Both the position numbers and the translations under genes were made by a program. Positions 26,618 through 38,599 of a stretch of DNA of 64,000 bases are shown piece by piece. Position 1 is the first letter of the stretch. Every line of letters begins with the position of its first letter. The stretch is from Chara braunii (Eukaryota > Plantae > Charophyceae): NCBI GenBank assembly GCA_003427395.1, contig BFEA01000033.1, positions 4,045,298-4,109,297 of the forward strand, written 5' to 3'. Under the pieces are notes generated by a model, which was not told the origin of the DNA, did no database searches, and saw only the letters and a program-made list of their open reading frames with translations.

Positions 26618-26629
26618 GCTCCGATACCA
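26618..26629 (-). promoter_or_regulatory. Primer binding site, initiator tRNA-Met type
   Basis: TGGTATCGGAGC vs canonical TGGTATCAGAGC. Confidence 0.85.
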
Positions 26630-27186
26630 ACCTCACGCCCAGCGCGACTTCCTGATCGGAGTAGGATGTGGGCCTGAAAGTGCGAAAAGGGGTGTGCCAA
26701 GGATTTTTGGGGAAAGTGGAGTCTCAGGTCAGAACAGAGATCTCCTGGGGCAGTGTTTTTCGGGGGCATGAGTGCAATTTGGCGGGGAGGGCGGATCGCC
26801 TCTGGTCACGAAGCAGATGGTACGCGTGGGTTGCTCTGGGTCGGGCGAGCCATTGGTTTTGGGGGCGGCAGTTTGCGGGAGGGTCCCTTCGGGGTGGATG
26901 TGCTTCCGATGACTCAGGCCGTCGGGAATTGCCACGTGGCGCCGACCGTGGCGCGTTTAGGTTGGGCCTCCGGGGCGCTGGGGTCCTCTTATCGCCGCGT
27001 CGTCGGCAGTTTCCACAAGGCGTACTGGGCCAGTATGGGGCTATGGCCGGCCACGAGACGACGCTGAGTTGGTGATATGGAAGGAGGAGGCGAAAGGGAT
27101 GGAAACTGGTGGTGATAACGACAAATCTGGGGTGGATGAAGTAGTAGGTATGGTCCGGAGAAGGGAAATCAGAGCACCGGGGGAAC

Positions 27187-28242
27187 TTGGGAGGATCTTC
27201 GGCCTACAGACGACGCACTGAAGACTACTTCCGCGACAAATTACGGATGTCTCCACGTATCTTCCGTGAGATCGTTGAGAACTTGACGCCGATTCTCGAG
27301 CGACGTGTGACGTTCTACAGAGAGTCTTTGCAGCCAGACCACATCGTCGCCTACGGGCTTTACAGATGGGCGTCTGGCGAGACATACGAGAGCAGCACCT
27401 GCAGCTTTGGAATTGGCAGGGCTTCGGGTTTGGTGGCCGTCCGGGACGTCACAGCTGCGCTGCTTTCGGTGTACAGGGAGAAGGTGGCGTGGCCGACTGG
27501 GGTACGGAAGGCGGTTGTTCTGCGTGCTTTTGCGGACAAAGGGTTTCCCGAACTGTCATGGGTGCATCGATTGCACCCATATCTACATCGACAAGCCGGC
27601 GAACGAGGCTCCAGAAGACTACTACAACCGCAAGAGACGATTCTCTGTCGTCGCTCAAGTTGTGGTGGATTTGGACTTGCGCGTCCTCGATGTGTTTGTG
27701 GGTTATCAGGGGAGCTGCCACGACGTGAGGGTCATCCATCTGTCCAGTCTTTGGTCGCGTGCGGTGGGGGGCGAGTTGTTCACAGGGCCTCCTGTGTTGC
27801 TGTCGTTCCAAGTGCAGACCAATGGTTATCTGCTGGCCGGCAATGGTTACCCGCCAACGAATGGATGGTTGTCCCCTATGGCGGCACGGCGCAGACTCCA
27901 TTCGAGGCCCGTTTCGACAACAAACAGAAGACGGCGAGGGGGGCGGTGGAGAGGGCCTTTGGGAGACTGAAGGGAATGTGGCGGTTGTTCCTTGGGTCGC
28001 ACAAGACTAATATGGAGACCTTACCGCAGCAGTTCGTGGCCGTCTGCATCTTGCACAACATCCTCATCGACGCCGGGATCCCTTTCGATGAGAACTTGCT
28101 GTGGGAGGTGGACGCCAACGGAGTTCGCCGTCGAGTGGATCTTGCGATCCAGCGCCCCCCCAAGCCTTTGTGCATGGAAACTTCTATGGGGGAAGCGGTC
28201 ATGCTGCGTGAAGCGCTGGCGGAGCGAATGATGCAGCGATGA
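27187..28242 (+). pseudogene. PIF/Harbinger (HARBI1-like, DDE_Tnp_4) transposase, frameshifted
   Basis: RMSPRIF, GFPNCHGCIDCTH, YYNRKRRFS, GSCHD, YLLAGNGY, VERAFGRLKGMW, CILHN. Confidence 0.92.
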
Positions 28243-29379
28243 GAGATGTCGGCGGCGCGGGGCGGAAGTAGATGTAAGCTGCGTACGTGGAAGAGCGTTT
28301 GACGGCGGCAGTAGAAGGAAGCAGCGTGCGGAGAGACGAAGGAGACAGTAGATTGTGTGATGCCGTCAAAGTCATTGTCGTCATTGTCGAACGAAGACCG
28401 AAGAACGTCTGTGTAGTGTAGTAGTCCCCCTCCATTGTGTCCTCCACATTCAGATTGTTGACGACCGCTTTTTCTTTTTGTTTTCTTTCGATCCATGCTT
28501 TCACATTGACGCGTTGATAGTGCTTTATTCCCAGTTTATGCGCAAGCCATAGGGCGGTAGATGTGGTGGTGGCGGCCGATTATTTTTGTCTGTGAACCGC
28601 ATGGATATGGGATTCGGGTCTGTGGTGTGCGACAGACGCATGCATGCGTCGGGGTTCCTTTTCCCCAATTTTCGAAGTGCAGTACTGTGCACAGTGTACT
28701 TTTTATTTGTTTACAAGGGTTTGATGATTATTGTGTTCTGTTCGTCGAGTTTTATTGCTTGTCATGGACTATTTTCCTCCCCGTCATGTGCCCTGCGTGC
28801 CGAGATGAGGGCGCACTTGATGCGTGATGATGTGAATGAGTGCAAGCCATTGATGATAGCATTCATTTGAGTTCACATATGTCCTTGGTCCAAATGTTGG
28901 AGTACATATTTTCTGTTGCCAATCATTCGTCTTCATCTTCGTCAAAGTGTTGTGAATGGTTGAACGATGAGTGCAGGAGAAAGAAGGTCACTGAGTGAAA
29001 ACGTCAATCTCTCACACAGAATTCATGCACCTTATCACCCACAGCTTTACATGGAAGCTTTGCAATCAGAAAGAACAAACATAAGAAAACACGAGTGCGA
29101 TATAAAAGGAACGTTCGCCACAACACACGAAATCAAATTAGCATCAATGATGCACATGGACATGATGGACGTTAATGACACCGCACAGTTGACAATGAGT
29201 GGCCCCTTTAATGAAAAGACGTGCATGTCGACAGCACTTTGCTGTCAGCTTTATGAAACCGAGCTCTCACCCCTACTCGGCAACCGCTTTTACAACAAGA
29301 AACGGCTCGACGCAAAGGAAGTAGAAGACAGTGTACGAAACGCGCGCAACCGCTATTCACACGCCATGCCAGCTCCTAT

Positions 29380-29702
29380 CCCCATCATCATTGACGACAT
29401 CATCGTCGTCGCCACCATCGTCGTCGTCACCATCACCACCTTCGTCATCATCATGGTCATCATCATCATCGTCATCATCATCATCTTCATCATGAACATC
29501 GTCATCATCATCATCATCATCATCATCTTCATCATCACCATCATCATCGTCACCGTCATCATCACGATCGACAGCATCACGATCGTCATCATCATCATGA
29601 ACATCGTTATCATCATCATCGTTGTCGTCACCATCATCATCATCGTCACCATTATCATCGTCATCATCAACGTCATCATCGTCAACATCATCGTCATCAT
29701 TA
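29380..29702. repeat. Degenerate (CAT)n trinucleotide repeat
   Basis: Direct inspection. Confidence 0.95.
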
Positions 29703-29825
29703 GCAGCACCGGCGGGTGGCTGTGCGCGGTCACCTCTTGTCGTCGTCCACAGCGCCTGCCGTCACGATTCCCCACCCTCGTCCTTCTCGTCGTCTTCATC
29801 ATCGATCTCCGGAGGTCCAGTGCCT

Positions 29826-31438
29826 AACCAATCTAGTCGTCTGGCGAGCTCAGGAGACGTCAACGTGGCGTCGTTGTGGAACGACACCCCACACGAAACC
29901 CACTCGGGGATGTACACCGGAGGGTCGAGGAGCAGTGGTACCCCATTTTCTTCGTTACTGCATTGACACACTGCAGAACATGGCGGCGCGCGTCGAACGA
30001 GCCATGCAGCGACGCAATGAGCGTCGGTTTCGCAATGAGCTCCACGAGATGGGACGCCTCAAAATGCGAACGGAGATTATCTCCCGCCATCCGCATGATC
30101 CACATGGCGGCAGACAGCAAAAGGCGCATGCAGTCTGCCACGTTCCTCAGCCTCTCGTACGATATCCGCCCGCCGTCTACCCCCTCCCCCATGTCAACAG
30201 CATTCGTGAAAGCTCCCACCAGACGCTGCGTTGTGGACTCCTGATACGACGCCATTTCGTCCTCCTCGTGCCTGTCGTGTATGACGCCACCTACGTACCA
30301 GATGGGGAGCTTCATATGAAGCTCTAAAGTGTTATGGACGACCGCCGGACTCACACATACCCGCCAGTCCTCTCCAAACCAGATGGCGCGGGCGAGGTCT
30401 GTGGCAACGTGGTTCAGCACATAGCCATAGGAGCAGTGGTACCCGCGCGCGCGATTGGGGGACTTGAAGATCCACCCATGGATGATGCGCAATGCTATGG
30501 TCTGCACCCTCGAAGCCCTCTCCTTCGCGGCCCCCAACTCCGACACGTCTTTCAGCTTCTGCCGAGGGATCGTGGCGTTCGGGAGGACAATGCTTTTTCT
30601 GATCTCCGACGGTTTCACACCCTTTGCGATGGCGATGAGGTGCAGGCACGTCTCTTGGATGATCTTGAACATCCCATGCCCCTCCGTCTCATTCCAGAAA
30701 TGCAGATCGTCCACCCACAGTTTCGCTTTCGCCTCCAGAGCCGCCAGGTTTCCGGATCGCCTCTGCCTGTTAATGAGGGGATCATCGTTATCAGCATCAT
30801 CACGACCGTCGCCACCGCCCCCCCCCGCGCCTGTCGTCGATGTACCAACGACAGCCCCCACCGCTGCGGCTTCCTTTTCGCGTCGCAAGTTGTCCCCTGA
30901 CTGCCGCATTCACCCCCGCCCCTTCATCCCTTCTCGCCTGTCCCGCCGTGGGCGTCGCTGGGTTTGAAGGCGCCCGCATTGGCGGGTGTTTACCGACGTC
31001 CTGGGCGGCCTGGACGTCCTTCGACGGCACGGCACCGCGCATGCCAGGGGTCGTCGGCTGGCCACGCTCCTCCCTGGCAGCAACACCGCCTCCCACGCCG
31101 CCGCCCGCCTCACCCTTGCCTCGCGCAACCTCGTGACCCCCATCTTTACCACCGTCGACACCTTCCTCTCCGCTCACCATTCGCGCATTCGACAATTCAC
31201 GCAAGGTCCCTTTCCTCCCATGAAACGTGTCCGCCTCCGATTCGAAATCGTCGTCCTGTCCGCTGCTGGCCTTGGTAACCCACTCTTCCCGCGCGGACCT
31301 CCCGATCACCAGAGCACTGCCGCTTGATGCCTTGGGCTTCTTCGCGTGATGCCTCCCCCGCTTCACGACGCCGGCAGCTTCCATTTTCTGGGAATCCCTC
31401 CCCCTTTTCCCCTTGCCAGAGTTGCGAGTATTCGTCAT
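29826..31438 (-). pseudogene. Third ORF inside the Harbinger element, unknown function
   Basis: Basic N-terminus MTNTRNSGKGKRGR, frameshift near 30910, then a Trp-rich helical region (KLWVDDLHFWN…HGWIFKS…LPIWYVG). Confidence 0.55.
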
Positions 31439-31569
31439 CGCCGAGAAGACAGACAACGATGATGGCGATGACGAAGAGACGACAACCACACGACTGCCAC
31501 AACGATGCCCGACCGAACGGGGAGAAAGACGAGCGGATCGAGAAGAAGGAAGGGCGAGAACGTGAATAC

Positions 31570-31768
31570 GACGTCTGGCGAAAACGGCGGTGGTGAGAAA
31601 AACAGTGCGCGAAGAGGAGACGACACGTAAAGATGACGTCTGGCGAGAGAGATGGCAGCGAGAAAAACAGTGCACGAAGAGGAGTCGACACGTAAAGATG
31701 ATGTCTAGCGAAAGAGATGGCAGCGAGACACACAGTGCGCGAACAGGAGTCCCAACGTGAAGATGACG
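31570..31768. repeat. Three ~65-bp tandem repeats upstream of the Harbinger third ORF
   Basis: gacgtctggcga…aaaaacagtgc.cgaagaggag.cgacacgtaaagat x3. Confidence 0.85.
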
Positions 31769-32118
31769 TTGGGATTGCGCGATGGGTTTGTTTTCGGAAG
31801 GAGGAGGAGCGACGAGGAGTCCGAACGCGAAGATGACGTCTGGCCACCGCCTGCGTGGACAGGTCATATCGTGGTCGTGGCAAATAGTCCTCACGCGTCA
31901 GCGACAGTGCACAGGTTGGCTACAGGGTGAACGGAATGGCAGAGGGACCATTCCATTTGCGATCCCTTTTCCGACACATGGACGGTGGGTATGCGGCATT
32001 CCGCCAATCACACCCCCAAAAAAAACGAACACCCCCGCCTCCAAATGACGATACAGCGGCAAAAAAAAAACGCCACACCCCCCACTGGCCGTGTCATTGA
32101 AGTCTGATACGCTCGTCT

Positions 32119-32157
<39 letters not shown>

Positions 32158-32391
32158 GCGAAGTCCAACATACAAATTGAATTTCAAACTTCGACACCTT
32201 TTTGAGGGAGATATTAAATGGCATGACATAAATAGCAATACCGTTGATAAAAGAAATGTTCACTACAAGGAAAGCAAGAAATGAAAGACATGGTGCCCAG
32301 AGACATGTGTTCACTGCAAGGAAAGCAAATATCATGCAGTGAAGAGAGCCAAGAAAACGTCCATATCCAGCCTACCATATTGCAAATCAAA

Positions 32392-32394
<3 letters not shown>

Positions 32395-32472
<78 letters not shown>
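32395..32472. repeat. (CT)n microsatellite
   Basis: Direct inspection. Confidence 0.97.
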
Positions 32473-32476
<4 letters not shown>

Positions 32477-33032
32477 AACAAACCACAGAGGACAAGGGAA
32501 CACATACATTGTACAAGTGCATCGTCGGTGACAGAAACTGGAAGCCAAATTCAGCAATAGAAGCCAACAATAACAAATTTCCAATTTTTTCTCTCTCTCG
32601 CCATCTCGCTGTCACGATGGACATGCAAATCCCAAAAGACAGAAAGTTCGAACTCTCGATGTATCCACTTTGCAAACTGAAGAAATGAATCAAACGGTCG
32701 TCCACGAACCTTTACCCGCCACGTTCATCATCGCAGTGTGGTCGGATCATCCGACCACCTCCCGATTACGAGCACACTACAACTACGGCCGAAGCGATAA
32801 ACAAACAAGTAAAAAAATAAGGGCACTCCTCGCTCCACAATGTACAATGGAATAAATCCACGGAGAAGACGGACAGACCGACAGAAGTACGTGCACGATA
32901 GGCAATCTGCCACTCCTCTACAGACACAAACCGAAAACAAACCCATGGCACGAAATGAACTAGGAGGCGACACGTGCGTGGCAACAGAGTGACATCCATA
33001 GCCGAAAAATGCCCTGTGGCAGACGTTCCCGC

Positions 33033-34997
33033 CTACCGCTCTCGTATAGCCTTCGCTATTTCCAGCAGCGCATGACACATAAGCTTGCTAACTTTATTAG
33101 ACGCAACACAGTGTTGCTTCTGGACCTCCACCTTCGCTTCGATAGCCTCACACTGCCGAATTTGAATGGAGCATTGCCTCTTGCTCGCGCTCTCCATCGC
33201 CTCGCATTGGCCCCTACTCGCGCTCTCCATCGTCGACGCCATCAACGCCCCATGCTTCTCCATGCACTCGCTTAAGGCCTCGAATATCTGCTGCCGCACG
33301 TTTTTCCTCTTCCTGAAACCGGTCGGACTTCCAGTCGTCTGTGAGCCCCCACGCGCTGAGCTGTCGTCTTCGTCGTTGCCATCTCCAGCGGCATCCCCGT
33401 CCCCCACAGATTTCGGAGTCGCCGACTGTGCAGATGGGAGTTGCACACCTCCTGCGGCACCGGTGTCTGCAACATTGCTCGGGCTGATAGTGTGGCTCCT
33501 CTCCTTTGCCCCTTTGATCTCCTCGTAGACGGCCCGATCCATGTTGAAGCTAAATCTTTTCTCTGCCCTCTGCTGACTCGTCAATTGAAGGAAGTCCTCC
33601 TTCCCCGAGATGCCCATGAAAGTGTGGATCTTTTTGAACTGTTGCATGAGATTATCCCATTTCTTCCCACATTTGTCTGTCGGCCTATCAACACCGACCT
33701 TCAGCAACCTCTCCCGGACGTCCAACCATTTCCACTCCCTCGACCGCATCCATGCGAATGCGTGCCCCGCCGCTTGCAGCTGGGCGTCCAGATCCCGCTT
33801 CGCCCTTATGAGGGCCACCATGTGATCCACAGACCAGAAATTTCGGCCACCCTCCTCATCCCCCTCACCTTCCGCATCAGCAGAGGTCGCCGACGACCTC
33901 TTCCACCTCCGCCCAGCATTCGTCGAAGCCCTGCCTCTGCCGCCCCTGCCACCCATGTTCGGCGCACGCAACGGGAACACGTCACCGTTGTCGTCCTCCT
34001 CAGCGTCGCACTGAACTTCGTCACCGTCTGTCCAGACGTCACCCCCCCCACCAACCGCGTCTGCTTGCCCGGCCCGCTCGCCCACGCGTAATCGCTGCAC
34101 ACCTTGCGTTATGGACTCTTCTTGTTGTCGCCGCAACTCCTGCCTCGACTCCTTCCATACCCGCCTACCATCTCCATGCGCGCCCTCGAAAGGGAAGTCT
34201 TCCTCACTCACACCCCTTTCAACTGGACGAGGAACAGTGTTTCGACCCCTGGAGAACACAGGAGGGGGGTTCATCCACTCAGGGCGACCACCGGTGGTGC
34301 GTGGAATTGACGGTCCAGAAGTCGCCTGCACTCGAGGCCGCTCCCTTGCCTTCTCGGACGTCTCCTGAGGTGCAGAACCACCCCTCGTGCGCCTGCCGAC
34401 CAATGTCACCTGCCCCGCGTCGTCGTTGGGATGAGGGTTCACGAGCACAGTGCGCGTGGCAGAAGATGGGCTCCCGCTCCGCAGGCCAATTGTGAGATCC
34501 ACAGGGGGGAGGCGTTCCTCGTCTTGGGCACCTTCGTGGAGGAGGGAAGTGAACGACTGCCTGTACTTCGCTCCGCGCCGATCATACAACTGGCTACCCA
34601 TCCATTCCTGGGTCGACCCGCTACCCAGCGGAACTGTGTTGGACACGTCCACGTCCGCCTCCCCCTCGTCCGAATCGGGCAGAGGTTGCATGTGAGGCGG
34701 GAGTCCTTCGTACGGCGACGGACCTGAGTTCTTCTGTCTACACCGGTACAGATCGCAGGCCGGTGGCTGGGATAAGTGTCCGACAATGTGGCAAGATTCG
34801 GCTGCCGCCCGTCCATGGCCACGCTCTTCCTCACCCCTCGATTCCTGCAAGTACGTGAAGGCAACCTCCCCAATATGCACACCTGAACAAAGACGACAAC
34901 GAGAAGCAGAATCACCACAAGGAGGACCAGCGGCAGCTTGCGAAGCACGTCGGCCATGTAACACAACCATTCTCGCAAGGGCAACTAACGACGACAA
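33033..34997 (-). CDS. Myb/SANT-like (trihelix) DNA-binding protein of the Harbinger element; true start uncertain
   Basis: FWSVDHMVALIRAK…KWLDVRERLLKVGVDRPTDKCGKKWDNLMQQFKKI, plus a C-terminal coiled coil. Confidence 0.85.
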   Translation of the reverse strand: MSSLVALARMVVLHGRRASQAAAGPPCGDSASRCRLCSGVHIGEVAFTYLQESRGEEERGHGRAAAESCHIVGHLSQPPACDLYRCRQKNSGPSPYEGLPPHMQPLPDSDEGEADVDVSNTVPLGSGSTQEWMGSQLYDRRGAKYRQSFTSLLHEGAQDEERLPPVDLTIGLRSGSPSSATRTVLVNPHPNDDAGQVTLVGRRTRGGSAPQETSEKARERPRVQATSGPSIPRTTGGRPEWMNPPPVFSRGRNTVPRPVERGVSEEDFPFEGAHGDGRRVWKESRQELRRQQEESITQGVQRLRVGERAGQADAVGGGGDVWTDGDEVQCDAEEDDNGDVFPLRAPNMGGRGGRGRASTNAGRRWKRSSATSADAEGEGDEEGGRNFWSVDHMVALIRAKRDLDAQLQAAGHAFAWMRSREWKWLDVRERLLKVGVDRPTDKCGKKWDNLMQQFKKIHTFMGISGKEDFLQLTSQQRAEKRFSFNMDRAVYEEIKGAKERSHTISPSNVADTGAAGGVQLPSAQSATPKSVGDGDAAGDGNDEDDSSARGGSQTTGSPTGFRKRKNVRQQIFEALSECMEKHGALMASTMESASRGQCEAMESASKRQCSIQIRQCEAIEAKVEVQKQHCVASNKVSKLMCHALLEIAKAIRER

Positions 34998-35720
34998 CGC
35001 ACGACAACGTAACGTCTACCCAGACGGCGGCAAACAGCAGGCGTGCGTGGGCAGGACTGGCGACGCCCTCTACCGCTTTACATTGTGGACCACTGCGCAT
35101 GGTGACGGACGTAAGCCGCAGTCATTTTCGAAACGGCTGGCCGTTGGAGGCCTTCCCGTTTCCCGCCGGCGCTGGTGAGGGGCTAGGATAAACCAAAAAC
35201 GGCCAGGGACCCCGTCCGCCACCCAACCTTACCGTTGCGGTCGTTCCCGCCGGAGTCGAACGTTGCCGGCCGCTAATGTCCGCCCACACCTTGGCTGGAC
35301 CAGCAATGTACCAGACTACAAAATTCTGACGTCGTCGAAGAGCGCCGCAGCCGTCCCGATTTTCGCGGAAACTCCCACTCCGAGGGACCTCGCGAGGTAC
35401 CTTGGGGAACACAGCCAAATGCCTGTAGCCCGAGGACGCCCCGACGACGCCCCGAGGAAATGTTTTCACATCGATTTCGAGGGATCACTCTCCGAGGACA
35501 GATGGAACGATCAATTCCTCGGGTTTTTTTAGCGCCCGAGGAGTGTCTAACGAGCCCCTAAGCCGGTAATCTTCTGCTCTTCTCATCTCGGGAACTTCCC
35601 TTGCTCTCGTCGTCCTATCGCTGAGTCTTTCTGCGACCTTTCACTCCCCCTTTCGGCCGGCTGTTCTTGCAGCCCCTCCTCTCTCTCATGGTTTTGTTTC
35701 CCGCTCGAAATCGCCAATGG

Positions 35721-38517
35721 TGTGACGTGTCTCTGGGCGACCCCCCCATCATCAAACATCTAGGGCCTCTCCTGGTGCGGATGATCCTGGCAGCTCAGCA
35801 AACCCTACAACGCAGCATACTGTCGAAGGTTAGTTGTTGTGTTTCTTCGCGAGGTAGTTGCCCCTGAAGTGCAGGACGCGCATCCAAACGACCCCACGAC
35901 ACTACACGTGTGAAGATCTGGATTTTTTTTGAATGAATCGTGTGATTAACCACTTCCCGAACCCGTGCTATCTTTCGTACCCCTCCCTTCTGTATCATAT
36001 CAACCCCATAAAAAACCCTGTTTCGTTTTCTTGATTTTAGGTGCCGCGTTTTCAACGGCCTTTTCGATTCCCGGGTTCGACCTTTTCCCTTTTGCAATTC
36101 GGGAAATACTTGGGAATTTACGAGCGCCTTAGCGAGCGCACTGGAAATTGGACCCGACAGTTGGGATTTCCGGGATAAGCGGAACTTTGACGTGTCCTTT
36201 TTGTGTGTGAATGTTCTCGGTCGCATCGTGGAAAACTCTCGGAATTTTGCAAGGATATAAATAGGCGTAGGACTTTCTTTCCCTCGCTGCTCTTTCGCGC
36301 GCGGATATGGTAATTTCAATTTTGAATTGGTTTAGGACGTAGGCAAACTGTAACTGTTTCGGTGCCTTTTTCTTTTGTTCTTTTTGTTGACGGCGCCACG
36401 CATGCAAAAACTTTCTCCTCTCTCTCCCCCGCATCGCTCTCTCCCGCGCTCCTTTTTCCTTCCCCCTTCTCCTCCTCTCTCCTCGTAACTGTTTTTCTCC
36501 CTCCCTTTCTCTCTCCCGCTCAGTTCTATGCGCGCCCATTTTCCCCTTTCTTGATCATCTGAATCTTGGACCCGTCTTGCGCTACTTCTCGCGCCTTTTC
36601 TTCTCTATGAGCAAAGCTCGTGAAGTCCGGTTGATCCTTCGATTACTCTCGCCCACCAATCAGACGTGGGGTACAGTAGGATCTGCCTATCGCGCGACGA
36701 GTCTGATTGGTTAATCGAGAGTTTCGAAGCATCAACATGGCTCCCGCCAAGCGCTCCTCTCAAAGTCTTCTCCTCCTGCTTCTCCTCTTACACTTTGACT
36801 TTCCCCCTGCATTCTCCTTCCCTTACCTCCCTCCTCGTTGCTATAAATTCCGCAAGCGCGCCCGCAAATCTCTCTTACGTTCTCGACTCTCAAGCCAGCT
36901 TCCGGGAAGCAGTGGCTAGGCAGAGTGTTTGATGCGAGTCGGAAAGTCCTGTCGGGCTGACGATAGGCTGGCCGGTTGCGCGCTTGATCGCCACGACGGA
37001 CTGTGGGATCGGGGCGAACCATGCACGTCGGCGGGGTAACGATCGCAGTGGTGGGAGTTAGCACGCGACGGCCGAGTTCGTCGGTGCGGGTATGAGGATC
37101 GATGACTGGAGTTGAGTGAGTGATTGGCCTGGGGCCATGTTGAAATCCACGGCGAATGCGCCTTTGTTGATGAGGATCTTTATCTCTGGTGTGAACCTGC
37201 GGCAGCAATGCCGAACATTGCCTTTTTGATCTCGTCCCCTTCTCTTCTCTCCTCTATCTGTGAATGATGAAGTGTCTCTCCCTCCCTCTCCCTCTCGCTC
37301 TCAAATGAAAATGAGTCTGCATGCTATTCCGGTGTAAAAGAACTTCTTCCGGAACTCTTCCATTAGTTTCCTGGGTAATCCCCCTATGAAAAGACCCCGG
37401 CTTCTTGTCTTGTGAACGGTGGACGCGTGTGTACTATTTAGTGATCTATCTTTTGCCTCGGTGCATATCTCATTTTCGCACCTTCCACAGTGAATGTATG
37501 TATGAAAGCATGCGTCCTTCTCTTTGAAGTTGATTAGACGATTGTTGTCGGGATTTTGTCCGAGAATGCACGAGTGTTTAGATCTGTAGCTTTGAAGGTA
37601 CTGCGCATGCTATCTGTTCAACGTCGCGAGCCGCGAGCGGTCCGCTGAGTACATGCATGATTAAACTGACGAGTGTTTTTCTCTCTCTCTCTCGTATAAA
37701 AAAGGATTGATTGAGGATTGCGTAAGTATTTTCTCTTCTTTATTGATATGTGGACTGACTAGTACCCTCCGATCGGGCGTCAGCCTCCCGTACCTCCCGT
37801 ACCCGCACGGCCTTTTCCATACAACGAGGAAAGGACACGTGTATGCGAGTGGGACGTACGAGAAGCTGTCGCACAGATCGGCGGGCAATACTACTTCCCT
37901 CCGGCAAACCGTTGTTCGGGGTTTGTAGAGGCTGGGTTTGTTATTATCGACACACACTTCCCACCCTACTCAATATTGCTCCCCTTTAACGAACTGATCG
38001 TCATTCCGTGGACGGCAGTGGCACCCCATTGGCCTCGAACCCTGTGTATAGAGTGCCAGCGTTTCGATCGCTACGAGGCGAAGGGCTTCCACTACCGAAT
38101 ACGGAGTGAGGACGAGCATAAGGAAAGAGCCACGCGTCTGCGACCCTCCACATCAGACTCAGAACTAACCAACGAACGACGACGGGACTTCATCCGAAAA
38201 CGAGACACGCGAAGCGTGCCGAAGCCCTTCCGCTCTAAACGACGGGCCGTAGCACGGTGGGAAACTCGACAATACTTTTTGGATTGAATTTGGATTTTTC
38301 TCTTTTCGCGCCGTGCCCGCGCGCGCATTCCGCGACGCGCGAAGGCAACCGACTTACTTCATCGGACCAACGCGGGGGATTTCAGTTCCGTCTGTGTCCC
38401 CACACTCAATTCCCAAAAATCCTTGGCACACCCCATCTTGCTGTTTTTCTGGGCCTCTTTCCGCACAACTAACACTCCGAACGAAAGACAGCACAGGGCG
38501 TGAGGTTGCGCGTCACA
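35721..38517 (+). mobile_element. Solo LTR related to the gypsy family (~2.8 kb)
   Basis: TGTGACG…GGGCGTGAGGTTGCGCGTCACA. gctataaatt..gcaagcgc at ~36840. The block ttcccaaaaatc.ttggcacacccc is shared. Flanks are atgg/atcg. Confidence 0.75.
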
Positions 38518-38599
38518 ATCGCGGGACAGAGCGGAAGGCAGCAGCCTTACAGACAGACCGCCGAACTGCGAGCCAAGTGTGTTGACCACACGGACCTGA

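Larger units (their letters stand above)
17431..27185 (-). mobile_element. Ty3/gypsy LTR retrotransposon, copy 1 (degenerate; 5' LTR truncated)
   Basis: Domain order gag-PR-RT-RH-IN. LTR sequence is shared between 17442+ and 26630-27185. PBS at 26618-26629. Confidence 0.9.
27186..35558. mobile_element. PIF/Harbinger DNA transposon; left end deleted
   Basis: Convergent transposase and Myb/SANT ORFs. The right terminus …gtctaacgagcccc is followed by TAA. (c)ccgagg subterminal repeats at 35380-35540. Confidence 0.75.

Noticed and set aside
28967-29827. Poly-Ile / poly-Met / poly-Ser ORFs
   Set aside because: These are translations of a (CAT)n microsatellite.
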